Part shown: in pieces, positions 12,312 through 25,565 of the stretch
Numbering within the stretch: position 1 is the stretch's first letter
Layout of the letters: each line of letters starts with the position of its first letter
Assembly (NCBI RefSeq): GCF_004010195.1
Contig: NC_057718.1
Span: 84,631,156-84,670,585 of the forward strand
DNA length: 39,430 bases
Direction of reading: 5' to 3'
DNA from: Chiloscyllium plagiosum
Taxonomy: Eukaryota
Notes under the pieces: generated by a model
The model's input: only the letters and a program-made list of their open reading frames with translations
Database searches by the model: none
What the model was told of the DNA's origin: nothing
Position numbers and translations under genes: made by a program

Positions 12312-12911
12312 GTATGCTCAACCATGAACTTGAACTTGTACAATCAAAGAAACTTCACGTTTTTCATATGTTTTGGCTTTTTCTATCAATAGGAACATTG
12401 TCTGCAAATGCTCTATATTTCCCTGATGTGTGTCTTTTTGATACATTGATCCAAGAATTTCAGTTTCTAGCCTTTTATGGTTCTGGCTAAGGTTGAGTTA
12501 ACAACAAGTCATTTTTGGAAGAGCAGGAATCTGAAGAAATAGTTTGGATTGATGGAGGAGAAATGAAAATAATAAGAGCAATCCTTGCCGCCAGTAATCT
12601 GTTTTAAGAATACATTTACAATAAAAACTAGAGAGTTTGTTATAATAGTGTTGAAACAATTCTTCATTACTATTCAAGTTTTGTCTTGAGTAATTTGAAG
12701 TCAAAAAAGCCTCCCTTTAGCTCTTGGATGATTTTCTTCTCTTCTTGGGTCTTTTTCTCCAGTTCTACTAAGGTTACTTCAAATCACACTCTAATGTAAC
12801 TTGATCAGATAAGCCAATGGTCTGGAATTATCATGGGAAAATGTATTTCACCAAAGATGCTAATTCTGGAAATAAATAATAAAGGTTTTTTCATTCACTC
12901 TAGTCTGCAGT

Positions 12912-14170
12912 TAGAAAAATAGAACATTAGAAAAATACAGCACAGTACAGGCCCTTTGGCCCTCGATGTTGCGCCGATCCAAGCCCACCTAACCTACACT
13001 AGCCCACTATCCTCCATATGCCTATCCAATGCCTGTTCAAATGCCCATAAAGAGGGAGAGTCCACCACTGCTACTGGCAGGGCATTCCATGAACTCACGA
13101 CTCACTGAATAAAGAATCTACCCCTAACATCTGTCCTATACCTACCACCCCTTAATTTAAAGCTATGCCCCCTCGTAATAGCTGACTCCATAGGTGGAAA
13201 AAGGTTCTCATGGTCAACCTTATCTAAACCCCAAATCATCTTGTACACCTCTTATCAAGTCACCCCTAAACCTTCTTTTCTCCAATGAAAACAGCCCCAA
13301 GTGCCTCAGCCTTTCCTCATACGATCTTCCTACCATACCAGGCAATATCCTGGTAAACCTCCTCTGCACCCATTCCAGTGCCCCCACATCCTTCCTATAG
13401 TATGGCGACCAAAACTGCACACAATACTCCAGATGCGGCCGCACCAGAGTCTTATACAACTGCAACATGACCTCAGGGCTCCGGAACTCAATTCCTCTAC
13501 CAATAAAAGACAGTACGCCATATGCCTTCTTCACCACACTATTTACCTGGGTGGCAACTTTCAGAGATCTGTGTACATGGACACCAAGATCCCTCTGCTC
13601 ATCCACACTACCAAGTATCCGACCATTAGCCCAGCACCCCGTCTTTTTGTTACTCTTACCAAAGTGAATCACCTCACACTTAACCTCACACTTAGCTACA
13701 TTGAACTCATTTGCCACCTTTCTGCCCAGTTCTGCAGCTTATCTATATCCCACTGTAACCTTCCTCACTGTCTACAACTCCTCCGACTTTCGTATCATCC
13801 ACAAACTTGCTCACCCAACCTTCTAACCCCTCTTCCAGGTCATTTATAAAAATGACAAACAGCAATGGTCCCAAAACAGATCCTTGCGGAACACCGCTAG
13901 TGACGGCACTCCATGAAGAAACTTTGCCATCAACTACTACCCTCTGTCTTCTTCCAGCCAGCCAACTCCTCATCCAAACCTCCAACTCACCCTCAATGCC
14001 ATATCTCCATATTTTCTGCAGTAGCCTACCATGGGGAACCTTATCAAACGCCTTACTAAAATCCATATATACCACATCTACCGCTTTCCCCTCATCAACC
14101 CCCTTCGTCACCTTTTCAAAGAATTCAATAAGGTTTGTGAGGCACGACCTGCCCTTCACAAAACCATGCT
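12912..14170 (-). mobile_element. Relatively young CR1 LINE, 3' portion
   Basis: Long ORFs 13743-14159 ([38 protein letters not shown]) and 13220-13717; complete 3' tail. Confidence 0.95.
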
Positions 14171-14244
14171 AACCAAATTGTTATTAAGTACAAGGACGTT
14201 GAAAATACACAATTACTTTCCCTTGTATTAATATTGTTAACTGA

Positions 14245-14556
14245 NNNNNNNNNNNNNNNNNNNNNNNNNNNNNNNNNNNNNNNNNNNNNNNNNNNNNNNN
14301 NNNNNNNNNNNNNNNNNNNNNNNNNNNNNNNNNNNNNNNNNNNNNNNNNNNNNNNNNNNNNNNNNNNNNNNNNNNNNNNNNNNNNNNNNNNNNNNNNNNN
14401 NNNNNNNNNNNNNNNNNNNNNNNNNNNNNNNNNNNNNNNNNNNNNNNNNNNNNNNNNNNNNNNNNNNNNNNNNNNNNNNNNNNNNNNNNNNNNNNNNNNN
14501 NNNNNNNNNNNNNNNNNNNNNNNNNNNNNNNNNNNNNNNNNNNNNNNNNNNNNNNN
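14245..14556. other. Assembly gap (312 N)
   Basis: Run of N. Confidence 1.
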
Positions 14557-15027
14557 CTCTTAGCTCTCTCTTCAGATCCTTCCTGGCTACCTTATAACAC
14601 TCAATCGCCCCAATTGAACCTTCACGCCTCCTCTTTACATGGGCCGCCCTCTTCCATTTAACAAGGGATTCCAATTCCTTATTAAACCACGGCTCCCTCA
14701 CACAACCCTTTCGTCCCTGCCTGACAGGTACATACTTATCAAGGACACTCAATAGTTGCTCCTTGAACAAGCTCCACATATCAATTGTGCCCATGCCTTG
14801 AAGCCTATTTTTCCAAGCCACGCATCCTAAGTCGTGCCTCACCGCATCATAATTTCCCTGCCCCTAGCTATAACTCTTGCCCTGCAGTGCACACTTATCC
14901 CTCTCCATCACTAGAGTAAAAGTCACTGAATTGTGGTCACTGTCCCCAAAGTGCTCACCTACTTCCAATTCTAACACCTGGCCTGGTTCGTTACCCAGAA
15001 CCAAATCCAGTATGGCCTCACCTCTTG
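14557..15027 (-). mobile_element. CR1 LINE endonuclease/linker fragment
   Basis: TRGEAILDLVLGNEPGQV...GEHFGDSDHNSV (APE endonuclease C-terminal SDH motif) and PWFNKEL linker. Confidence 0.92.
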
Positions 15028-15332
15028 TGAGGCCTCCAGTTCTGCCTGTAAAGGATGGCAATTATGTCATTTAGTGTTAGCAAATGAGAGAGGTATCATA
15101 TTTAGAAGAATGTGTATTTTCCCTTGATCAAAATGTTTTTAAAAAAAACCTATAAAGTCTACATATGCTGAAACTGCATATAATAGCTTGAAGCATCTTT
15201 TGAAGAGCTTTAAGCAGCGTTATATTGTAACAATATATGACGAGAGTTGCCTGAAATGAAATGAGACAAATATTGCATAGAGCTGCTGATATTTATCAAA
15301 TAAGAAAAATTGTTCCTCGAGCTTCTATGTCC

Positions 15333-15650
15333 TTGGGGTGAACGAGTCCAGAACCAAAGGGCATAGGTTTAGGATGAGAGGGGAAAGATTTAAAAGGGAT
15401 CTAAGGAGCAATGTTTTCATTCAAAAGGTGGTGTGTGTAGGGAATGAGCTGCAAGAGGAAGTTGTGGAGGCTGGTACAATTACAACATTGAAAAGGCATC
15501 TGGATGAGTATATGAATAGGAAGGGTTTTGAGGGATATGGGCCGAGTGCTGGCAAATGGGACTAGATTAGGTTAGGATATCTGGTTGGCATGGACGAGTT
15601 GGATCGAAGTGTCTGTTTTTGTGCTGCACATCTCTTATTCTATGACTCTA
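15333..15650 (+). mobile_element. CR1 LINE 3' end
   Basis: ORF 15338-15565 (SRTKGHRFRMRGERFKRDLRSNVFIQKVV) plus 3' UTR. Confidence 0.9.
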
Positions 15651-16069
15651 GGGTTAAAAACAAATCAGATGGGTTTTTACTTTACAGTTATAAAGTAGTG
15701 ATTCTGGTGTGAAAAATACACACATCCGGATGGACAAGCCCAGTGGTCGTAATGGCCTTTGTGGCAACTGATGCTCACTGGGCTTTGATATGAAGAAGAG
15801 GTGCTTCATCTGAGAGCTACTAATATCCTATGATCTATATTCTGATGTAAATGCCTTCAGGAGAAATGGATTAAAATGCACTTTTTTAAAAACTTTAATA
15901 AAATAATCTACTAATGTCTGACAGGTTGACCAAAACAATCCAAATGGACATCTCTGGAGGGACCATTTGGTGCACAGTGCCTTGCATATCTTGGCAGTTG
16001 GTTGCTTGGATATTTTAAAATATATTGTAATGTTTAAGTAAAATAAAACCAGGAACTTGGGTGCTGGAG

Positions 16070-16160
16070 GTCAGAAACAAACAAAAACAGAAATTGCTGG
16101 AGAAACTCAGCTCGTCTGTAGCGTCTCTGGAGAAAAGTAGAAACAGTGATCCTTCAGAGA
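16070..16160 (-). mobile_element. Degenerate PLE terminal-repeat fragment
   Basis: aaaacagaaattgctggagaaactcagc...tctgtagcgtctctggaga resembles reverse complement of 23455-23530. Confidence 0.45.
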
Positions 16161-17004
16161 AAACATTTTGAGTACAGATAATTAAATCGGGTACAAGACA
16201 TTGGGATAGAGGGAGGACAGTGGCAAGTGGTGGGGATACATTGTTCACCCACCCTTCTTTTAAATTGTGTTGGCCTTATATTCACATTTCAGAGAAGGGT
16301 CTAGGGAATGGAAAGTTGGACAGTTCAGTTGTACTAATGGAATGTTGCTTTTCCAACGATTGTGTTGATTTCCTATTTGACATATTCAAAACCACTTTTC
16401 ATTTTAACTATTGTATCCACTAAAAAAATTGAGAAAAGTCAGTGCATTCAAATAACTAGTATCAACTGTAAATGAAAATCAAAAGCCTTGGCATCCTCCT
16501 CAAATATGATGCTCAGAAGTGGTCATATTATTCTAAATATCCAACTGGAAGCGTTAATTTTATACTCTTTTGTACATTCTGCCTCCTTTTGTAAAAACTT
16601 GGATCCCTTAAAACTTCTGGCATTTTTGCCACCTTCAAAGATTTATATATGCACACCCAGGTCTCTGTTCCAGACCCCTCTTTAAAATTGTCATTTTAAT
16701 TTCTATTGCCTTATCTCTGTCATACCAAAATGAATTACTTCATACATCTCTGCTTTAAATTTTATTTGCCCAGTTCACTGTCTGAAGTTTGACCATTCTT
16801 ACTGTTTACTGCATTTAAGCTTTGTCTTTTATGCCATTATCCAAATTTTACATAAACTTTTGAGCTGGAGTTTGAACAACTGGAGATTCTTGCTGCACAT
16901 GTAGAGGTTATCAAGAGCACGAATCTTGAAATTTCCATTAGGCATTACAGGTAAATCGTCTTAGCTTCATTGTTTTTCTAAGCATGTCCATTTGTAAGTG
17001 AAGG

Positions 17005-17058
17005 GTGCTTCCAATCAAACCTGTTGGACTATAACCTGGTGTTGTGTGATTTTTAACT
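17005..17058 (+). mobile_element. Terminal fragment of a second PLE-like family
   Basis: gtgcttccaatcaaacctgttggactataacctggtgttgtgtgatttttaact is the reverse-complement homolog of 35298-35353. Confidence 0.6.
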
Positions 17059-17924
17059 CCGTGAAGGGGCATATTTTTGTAATAGTTTTTGCTGAATTAT
17101 AATCATCCCTCAAGAAGGGGAATTATACATTTTGAAAGCACTGTGGAATGTGCCACACCATGGTAGGGTAGTTTGGGGGTGTACCAAATTATAGTAGCAG
17201 TGCAACAGAGAAGTTATTGTCCTATGATTTGATAATTAGGGGTTTGGCCGTAACCCTGATGTTGTGACAGAATCCAAAAAGGATAAGTGATATGAGCAGT
17301 TGGGGGGAACTTGGAAAAAGAAGATTCAGTTGTCATGGTCCACTTAGAGATATAGGGAAGGAAAAAAAGGCCCTACTAAGTAAATGTTTGAAGTACATTT
17401 AAAAAGAAACAAATTATTGGTCTTCCTAGGCTTATAGTGTGAACTGTATGCTAATTGATAGGGATGAGGTAAGTAGATTAGGAAAGTGAAAGATTGGTGA
17501 GGAAAATTGTTCCATTTTAATGAGCGATGCCACCAGTACTGGGGCATGAAAGAACTTTATTGTTGGGACAATTTCCACCTGACTGCTCCTGGTGCAATGC
17601 AAATGGAAAGGATAAGTAAGACTTGGATAGTTAGTCTGAAATGTATTTCATATTTATCTACTCCCATATGATTGCTTACTATGGGTTATCATGTCCAGTT
17701 TACTTTTTATTTTAAATGCCATGTGCATTGTTTTATAATTCAATTCATCTTATACCAGTTGTTCCTTCTACTTTATTTTTGGTGATTTTTTGATTCTTCA
17801 TTCTAAAACTGAATTTGCATCTTTTAACATTTGTTATCTTTGTTTCCTCTCTCGGTCTGATCTTTACTCTCTACGCCTACTTGGCACTGCAAGTATTTTG
17901 TCAAATCTGAGAAATGTGACAAGA

Positions 17925-18243
17925 GGAATGGCCTAGCAGTATTTTCGCTGGACTGTTGATCTGGGGACCTGAGTTTGAATTTCGCTACAGCAGATGATGG
18001 AATTTGAATTCAGTAGAAATCTGAAATTAAGAATCTGATTATGACCATGAATCAACCGTTAATTTTGGAATAACCCATCTAATTTGTAAATGTTATTTAG
18101 GGTAAGAAACTGCCGCCTTTACCTAAACTGGTATATGTGACTCTAGGCTTAAGGAAATGTGATTGACTCTTAACTGCCCTCTGGGTAATTAGAGATGGGT
18201 CTAGCTAGTGATACCCTCATTCTATGAACAATTTTTAAAAAAA
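17925..18243 (+). mobile_element. tRNA-derived SINE with LINE-derived 3' tail (degenerate)
   Basis: A-box-like tggcctagcagt, B-box-like gagtttgaattt; body homologous to reverse complement of 25340-25565; tail resembles the LINE 3' end at ~18320-18380. Confidence 0.6.
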
Positions 18244-18314
18244 TCCATAGTGAGGAATCAGATGAAGTAGTTGAACATGAAATACATTGCTGCATCTCCC
18301 CACCACCACCCCAC

Positions 18315-21310
18315 CTTTTGTGGAATGTGGGTGTCGCTGAATGGCTAGCATTTATTGCCGTCCTTAGTTGCCCTTGAAAAGGTGATGGTGAGCTGCCGCC
18401 TTTAACTGCTATGGTCCACATGCTGAAAGTTGATACAATGCCCTTAGGGAAGGAAGTCCAGGATTTTGACCAAGCGACATTGAAGGGCAGTGAAATATTT
18501 CTAACTCGGGATGCTGAGCAGCTGGGGGACTTGCAGGTGGTGGTGTTCCCTTGCCCTTCTATATGGAATTTGTTGTTGGTTCGGAAGGTGCTCTCTGACG
18601 ATCTTTGGTTAATTTCTGCAGTGTATCATGTAGATAGTACGTACTGCTGCTACTGAGTATCAGTGGTGGATGCTTGTGGATGTGGTGCCAGTCAAATGGG
18701 CTGCTTTTTGCTGGATGGTGTCAACCTTCTTAAGTCCTGATGGAGCTGCACCTATCCTGGCTAGTGGGGAGTATTCCATCACACTCCTGATGGTGGACAG
18801 GCTTTGGGGAGTTAAGGGGCGAAGTACTTGCTGCAGTATTCCTAGCCTTTAACTTGGTCTTATAGCCACAGTGTTTGTGTGGTGAGTCCAGTTGAATTTC
18901 TGGTCTATAGTAACTCTGGCGATGTTGATGATGGAGTTAGTGATGGTAACACCATTGAATATCAAAGGGCATTGGTTGGATTCTCTTACTGGAGATGGTC
19001 ATTGCCTCGCATTTGTCTGGTACAGATGAAACTTGCCACTTATCAGCCCAAGCCTGGATGTTGTCCGGATTTTTTTGCATTTGAGCTTAGACTGTTTTAG
19101 TATCTTGAGTTGTCATGAATGGTGCTGAACATGGCGCAATAATTGGCGAACATTCCCACTTCTGATCCTTGATGGAAAGGCCATTGATAGAGCAGCTGAA
19201 GATGGTTGGATGTAGAACACTACCCTGAGAATCTCCTGTAATGATGTCCTGGAGTTGAGGTGACTGATGTCCAACAACTGAAACCATCTTCCTATGTACT
19301 GTGTAAGACTCCAACTTGAGGAGAGTGCCTGATACGCATTGATTTGTTTTGCTGGGCTCCTTCATGCTATATTCTGAGGTTGAGGGCTGTCACTCTCTCC
19401 TCACCATTTGAAGCTCTTTTGCTTGAACCAAGGCTGTAATGAGGTCAGGAGCTGAGTGGCCCTGATGGAACCCAAAGTGGGCATCACTGAGCAGGTGCTG
19501 CTTGATTGCACAGTTGATGGAAACCTTCCATCGCTTTCCTGATGATTGAGAGTAGACTGGTGGTAATTGGCCAGGTTTGATTTGTTCTGCTTTTTGTGTA
19601 CACAATATACCTGAGCAATTTTTACATTGTCAGGCAGATGTGCAGCATTGGTTAGCACTACCTAATAGTGCCAGGGATCCAGGTTCAATTCCAGTTTGGG
19701 GCGACTGTCTGTGTAGAGTCTGCACATTTTCTGTGTCTGTGAGAGTTTCCTCAGGTGCTTCGGTTTCCTCCCAGAAGATGTGCAGGTTAGGTAAATTGGC
19801 CCATCGTGTTCAGGGATGTGTAGGATTAGGTGCATTAGTCAGGGGTAAATGTAGGATAATTGGGTAGGGGAATGGAACTGGGTGGGTTTCTCTTTGGGGG
19901 GATCGGTGTGGGCCAAATGGCCTGTTTTCACACTGTAGGATTCTGAGATGCCAGTGTTGGCTAGGGCAGTGGCATGTTCTGGAACCCAGTCTTCAATGTT
20001 GCAGGAATGTTGTAAGGGCCTGTAGTCTTTGCACTACCTATTGCCTCCAACCATTTCTTGATATCATGTGGAATAAATTAAATTGGCTGAAGACAGGTAT
20101 TTGTGGTGCTGAGGACCACTGGAAGAGCCTGAGATTGATCATCCACTTGGCATTTCTGGCTGAAGATTGCTATAAGTACTTCAGCTGTATGTTTTGCTCT
20201 GATATGTTAGGCTCTGCTATCGTTGAGGATGAGGATATTTATGGAGCCATCTCCTTGAGTGAGTTTTTTAATTGTCTACTGGCATTCATTTCTGGATGAG
20301 GCAGGACTGCAGAGCTTAGATCTAATTCGTTGGTTTTGGAATCGCTTGGGTCTGTCTATTGCTTGTTACTGTGCCTTTTGGAATGTAAGTTGTCCTGTTT
20401 GGTAGCTTCACTAGGTTGACACCTCATTTTTATGTATGCCTGGTGCTGCCGCTGGCATGCCCCCCTGTACTGTCCACTGAATGAGATTGGGAATGGTTGG
20501 GTGAGATATATGCCAGGAGGTTGGAAGTTGTGCTGAAGTACAGTTGTGCTGCTGGTTGTTGGCCGAAAGTGCTTCATGGATACCCAGTCTTGAGTGTAGG
20601 ATCTCTTTGAATCCTGTCCCATCTGGTATGGTGATAGTGCCACGCAACATGGAGGGTATTCTCAATGTGAAGGTGGGACTTTATCTCCACAAGAATTGTG
20701 TGTGGTTGCCTCTCTTGCTGATACTGTCATAGAAATATGCATCTGCAGTTGGCACATTGGTAAGGATGAGGTCAGGTATGTTCTCTTTTGTTGGTTTCCT
20801 CCCCACCCACTGCAGACCCAGTCCAGCAGCTCTGTTCTCCTCCATCCAGAGCTTTCACCCTTGCATCCTTAATGCTTCCTCCATGTGTTGTTCAATGTGG
20901 AGGAGTACTGATTAATCAGCTGAAGGAGGAAAGTATGTGGTAATCAGCAGGAGAGTTCTGAAGCCATGAGACTTGATGGGGTCTGGAATTAATGTTGAGG
21001 ATTCCCAAAGCAACACTCAACTGTGTACAATGCTGTGTAGCCACCTCTGCTGGATCTGTTCTGCCAGTGTGAAAGGAGATATCTAGGGATGGTGCTGGTG
21101 ATGTCTGGGACACCATGATTCTGTGAGTATGACTTTCAGATTGTTGCTTGACTCGTCTGTAAGCCAGCTGTCTCAATTTTGGCACCAGCCCTAGAAGTTA
21201 GGAAGACTTTGCAATGATGACCGATCCATTTTTGCTGTTGACTTTTCCGGTGCCTTGAACGATACCAGGTAGTCTGACCAGTTTCATTTCTTTGTTGCAA
21301 CATTGTAGCA
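18315..21310 (-). mobile_element. Degenerate CR1/L2-group LINE (second family), EN + RT remnants
   Basis: RT motif remnants QGSVLHPTIFSCSINGL (19087-19365), LLSDAHFGFHQGHSAPDLITALVQ (19390-19605); APE-like N-terminus ~20900-21185. Confidence 0.8.
19636..19945 (+). mobile_element. HE1-like V-SINE inserted in the LINE
   Basis: tRNA head (tggttagcac...ggttcaattcc) then V-domain-like gtgtagagtctgcacatt...gtttcctcaggtgcttcggtttcctccca. Confidence 0.8.
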
Positions 21311-21319
21311 AAAAGGATC

Positions 21320-22050
21320 TTGGCTATTCACTTTATCTATGCTCCTCATGATTTTATAAACCTCTATAAGGTCACCCTTCAGCCTCTCTCGCTCCCAGTG
21401 AAGAAAAGTGCCAGCCTATTCAGGTTCTCCCTATAACTCAAGCCCTTCAATAGTGGCAATGTTGTTAAAACTTTTTCTGCACCCTCAAGTTTAACAACAT
21501 TCTAAAGAGGAGCTTCCAGAATTGTATGCAATATTCTAACAGTGACCTGACTAATGTCCTATACAGCTGCGACATGACATCCCAATCCTACATTGTGTAC
21601 TCAACGAAGGCAAGGTGCCAAACACTCTCTCCACCACCCTGTCTACTTGTGACTCCACTTTCAAGAACCATTGGCCCATCTGATTAAGGTTCTGTTTTAA
21701 TGAGAGAATCATCTTGACAGTCCGTTTTACCACCTATTTTGGTGTCATATGGAAACTTACTAACTCTACCTCCTATATTCACATCTCAATCATGTATATA
21801 AATGATAAAAGGCAGTGGTCCCAGCACCAATTTTTGTGGCACATCACTAGTCACTGGCATAGAGTCTCCATCACCACCTGCAGTTTCTGAACTTCAAGCT
21901 AATTTTGTATCCAATTGGATAGCTTCCCCTGGATCCCTTGTGATCTAACCTTACTAAATAATCTACCACTGTGGAACCTGTCAGACACTTTTCTGAAGTC
22001 TATCCTGACAATGTTTACTGCTCTGCCGTCATCGATCTTCTTTAGCACCT
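21320..22050 (-). mobile_element. Degenerate CR1 LINE fragment
   Basis: Reverse complement homologous to 10100-11580; ORF 21551-21733 LKVESQVDRVV. Confidence 0.8.
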
Positions 22051-22134
22051 CTTTTTTTTTTAAAAGGGAGGGGGAAGAGGCTGGAAGAGGCAGAGGGTGT
22101 TGGGGAGGGAAGAGCCAAACAATTTCGCCAAAGA

Positions 22135-22642
22135 CATCGCTTAGGTCATTTTTGGAGTATTGTGTTCAATTCTAGTCTCCTCCTTTTGGAACAATGTTGT
22201 GAAACTTGAAAGAGTTCAGAAAAGGTTTGAGCTATAGGGAGAGGCTGTTTTTTTCCTGGAGGCTAAGGGGTGACCTTAGAAGGTTAATAATATCATGAAG
22301 GGCATGGATAGGGTAAATAGACAAGGTATTTTCCATGGGTGGGGGAGTCCAGAACTAGAGAGCATGGCTTTACAATAAGTGGAGAAAGATTTAAAAGGGA
22401 CCTAAGGGGCAGCTTTTTCATGCAGAGGGTGGTGCATATGTGAAATGAGCTGCCAGAGGAAGTGGTGGAGGCTGGTACAATTACAACATTTAAAATGCAT
22501 CTGGATGGATGTATAAATACGAAGGGTTTATAGGGATATGGACCAAATGCTGGCAAAAGGGACTAAATTAATTTAGGATATCTGGTTGGTGTGGAAGAAT
22601 CAGACCAAAAAGTCTGTTTCTGTGCATACATCTCTATGACTA
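22135..22642 (+). mobile_element. CR1 LINE 3' end
   Basis: LEYCVQF motif then canonical 3' end and tctctatgact tail. Confidence 0.88.
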
Positions 22643-22864
22643 GATTTGCAAGTATGACTCCTTTGTTCAAGAAATGGTGTGAGGACAGTCCCAGGTAACT
22701 GCATTTGAGACTCTAGGATAACCAGCAGACTAAGTTTGGCCAAGTTATTTGAATGGTATGTGTTGATCAAGGAAATATAGGTTTTCAGAAAGTTTTAACA
22801 AAGTGTAGCAAGTGGTTTACAAAATGGAAACTCGTGGAATAGGAGGATAGTATTTAATTCAATT

Positions 22865-23535
22865 ATAAAGCCTACCAACTCCTACAGCTACCTTGACTAC
22901 TCCACGCCACAACCTGCTTCCAACAAGGATTCCATTCTTTCAGTTTCTATGTCTCCATTGCTTCTATTCATTATGATGCCCTTTTCTGTCCATAGGAATA
23001 ATCATGTGCTCCCAAGATACTTAACATCTCAATAAACCATCTTACTCTCTTGCTAACATTTTTGTTCTCGGCTTGCTGCAATATACAATGAAACACAGTG
23101 CAAGCACAAGGAACAATGCCTTATTTTCTGCCTAGGTACTCTATATAGCCTTGATTTCATTACTAAATTCAATAAGTTTGGAACCTGATCATATTTTGTC
23201 TGTTATCCATTCTTGCATTTTTCTTCCAGCAAATGTCCTGTATTGTTTGTGTCTTCTTTACTTTGCTCTTAGTATAGACCCATTCCCTCCCTTTCACACC
23301 TTAATTTCAACCCATTTTACATCTTTGTTTTCTTTTTCCACCATTAACAACCATTTTGTCTTTTGCAGTGGGCCTCAATTTAAGTTTATTCAGTTTAAAA
23401 ATATTTTCCAATGCCTTTTAGCTTTGAAGAGGAGTTATACCAGAATTGATGCTAATCTGTTTCTCTCCATGGGTGCTACCAGACCTGCCTAGTTTCTCCA
23501 TTCCGTTTGTTCAGATTTCTAGTATCTGCATTAGT
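22865..23535 (+). mobile_element. Old, heavily deleted Penelope-like element
   Basis: YKPTNSYSYLDYS..PASNKDSI remnant at ~22865-22940; degenerate terminal repeat ~23420-23535. Confidence 0.6.
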
Positions 23536-23629
23536 TTGCCTTTATATCAAACTACCAAATCTTGGTGTTTTGAACTATTAAAAATATTTTTAGAAACACT
23601 ATTTAAAACTTGGAATCATTTCCTTCTAG

Positions 23630-23734
23630 GTTGCAGTGCTTTTAATGGATACTCAGGGGGCTTTTGACAGTCAGTCAACCATAAGAGACTGTGCCACAGT
23701 TTTTGCTCTCAGCACCATGACAAGTTCGGTTCAG
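23630..23734 (+). CDS. ATL2: Atlastin-2 coding exon (exon 4)
   Basis: ttctag| ... CAG|gtaaag; 105 nt; [35 protein letters not shown] containing the G3 DxxG motif (DTQG). Confidence 0.97.
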
Positions 23735-24094
23735 GTAAAGATTGCTTTTAAAACTGCTTACTTGGGGTGCAGCATGTTTGTCCTGTTGCTATTACGTAGT
23801 CTTTCATTTGGAGAGATTAAAAATATCCCAGTTTTAATAATTGGTATTCAATTGTGGATTTTTTTCTGTATAGAATAGGATATGTTAATAATTTTTACTA
23901 TTTGTTGAATTAAATTTATCATTTCAGTTTCTCAATAACACAAGAAGCCAAAAAAATGTCATCAGTATATTTAATAATGCAACTACCTGAAAAGATATGT
24001 AAGGACATATAATAATAATCTTTTTAAAATGTACCTTTCTTTAAATGTGGTGGTAACAGCAAGGAATTGATACTGATAGGATCACTTACTTTGA

Positions 24095-24685
24095 GAATAT
24101 AGAAGGTACGGTTAGTTTGTGGAAGATACCAAAATTGGTGGCAAAATAGACACAAGAAGGTTTACAAAGATTACAAAAGGATCTTGATCAAATATGTTAA
24201 TGGGCTGAAAAATGGCAGCTGGATTTCAATCTGGATAATGCGAGGTATTGTATTTTGGTTGTACAAAAATGGGTAGGACTTTACAATTAATGGTAAGGCC
24301 TTGGGTAATGTTTTAGAACAGAGGGATCCGGGGAGTGCAGGTACAAAATTCTTTGAAGTTTGCATCATGTAGACAGGGGGTTTAAAAAGGTGTTTGCCTT
24401 CACTGCTCAGCCCTTTCAGTTGGGAAGTCATGATGAGTTTGTACAGGACTTTGGTGAGACCTCTTCTGGAATACTGTGTCCAGTTCTGGTTCAGTTATAG
24501 GAAGAATATTATTAAACTGGAGAGGGCTCAGAAGAGATCTACTGGGAATGTTTTGTGTTATAAGAGGCTGGATAGACTGGGACATTTTTCACTGGAATGT
24601 AGAAGGTTGTGAGACAACCTTATAGAAGTTTATAAAATAATGAGGGGTATAAAAAGAGTTAATGGTAATTGTCTTTTCCCTTGGA
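24095..24685 (+). mobile_element. Degenerate CR1 LINE fragment
   Basis: SLYRTLVRPLLEYCVQFWFSYRKNIIKLERAQKR (24394-24612). Confidence 0.85.
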
Positions 24686-24734
24686 TGGTATTGTATGACT
24701 CTAGTAGCATGGATACTGGACCAAATATTGAGTG

Positions 24735-25130
24735 TTGCTGGCAAGGACAGCATTTGTTTATCCCTAATTGTGTTTGAGGTTGGTGATGAGGTACCTCCTT
24801 GAACTCCTGCAATCTTTGAGGTGTAGGTATACCTGTGATCCTATTATGAAGTGAGATCCAGAATTTTGATCTTTTGACAATGAAGGAACATAATGTAGTT
24901 CTAAGTTAGGATGGTATGTAGACTGGAAGGAACTTGCAGATGGGGTGTTCCTGGGTGTCTGCTACTGCCCTCTTTCTAGATGGAGATGTTATGCATGTAG
25001 AACGTAGTGTCTGAGGAAGCGTGATTTGTCACAGTGCATTTTCTAATGCTATGCTCTCTAGCAATTATATTGTGGCTGAGGAAGTAGAGAATGTAGGTGA
25101 TGGGTGAACTGGATTTCTCTTGGATTGGAG
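24735..25130 (-). mobile_element. 3' end of the second LINE family (degenerate)
   Basis: Homologous to 18330-18700 and 29105-29500. Confidence 0.65.
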
Positions 25131-25207
25131 CCACGCTCCTACAAGTAATTGGAGGATAATTATATCACATTTTGTTTTAAACCAGTTTTTTTTTCCTTTG
25201 TTTATAG

Positions 25208-25258
25208 GTATACAATTTGTCTCAGAACATTCAAGAAGATGATCTGCAACACTTGCAG
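25208..25258 (+). CDS. ATL2: Atlastin-2 coding exon (exon 5)
   Basis: tttatag| ... CAG|gtatcg; 51 nt; VYNLSQNIQEDDLQHLQ. Confidence 0.96.
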
Positions 25259-25289
25259 GTATCGTAGCCAATTTAAAAAAAAAATTAAT

Positions 25290-25565
25290 GCATGGGCTGA
25301 GGGTGTCACAGCATTTATTGAACCATCCCTAACAATTAAAAGTCGACCACGTTGCTATGGGTCTAGAGTCACCTGAGGCCAGACCAGGTAGGAATAGCAG
25401 TTTCCTTCCCAAAAGGACATTAGTGAGCCAGGTGCTTTTTTTTTCCTGACAATCGATATTGGATTCATCTGCCATGGTGAGATTTGAAACCTGGTCCCCA
25501 GAACACTACCTGGCTCTCTGGATGAACAGTCCAGCAATTAATACCACTAGGCCATCACCTGCCCT
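25290..25565 (-). mobile_element. tRNA-derived SINE (same family as 17925-18243)
   Basis: Reverse strand starts gggcaggtgatggcctagtggtatt...gaccaggtttcaaatctc; shared body with 17925-18243. Confidence 0.6.

Noticed and set aside
12126..12392. 88-aa ORF as a standalone gene (likewise 23636-23878)
   Set aside because: Only the splice-bounded cores are atlastin sequence; the flanks are intron read-through.
13671..13694. 12-bp tandem duplication (KCEVKCEV) in CR1 ORF2
   Set aside because: Ordinary slippage in a truncated, non-functional copy.
14234..14842. ORFs of 109 and 201 aa
   Set aside because: They span the 312-N gap; the real part is CR1 ORF2 linker.
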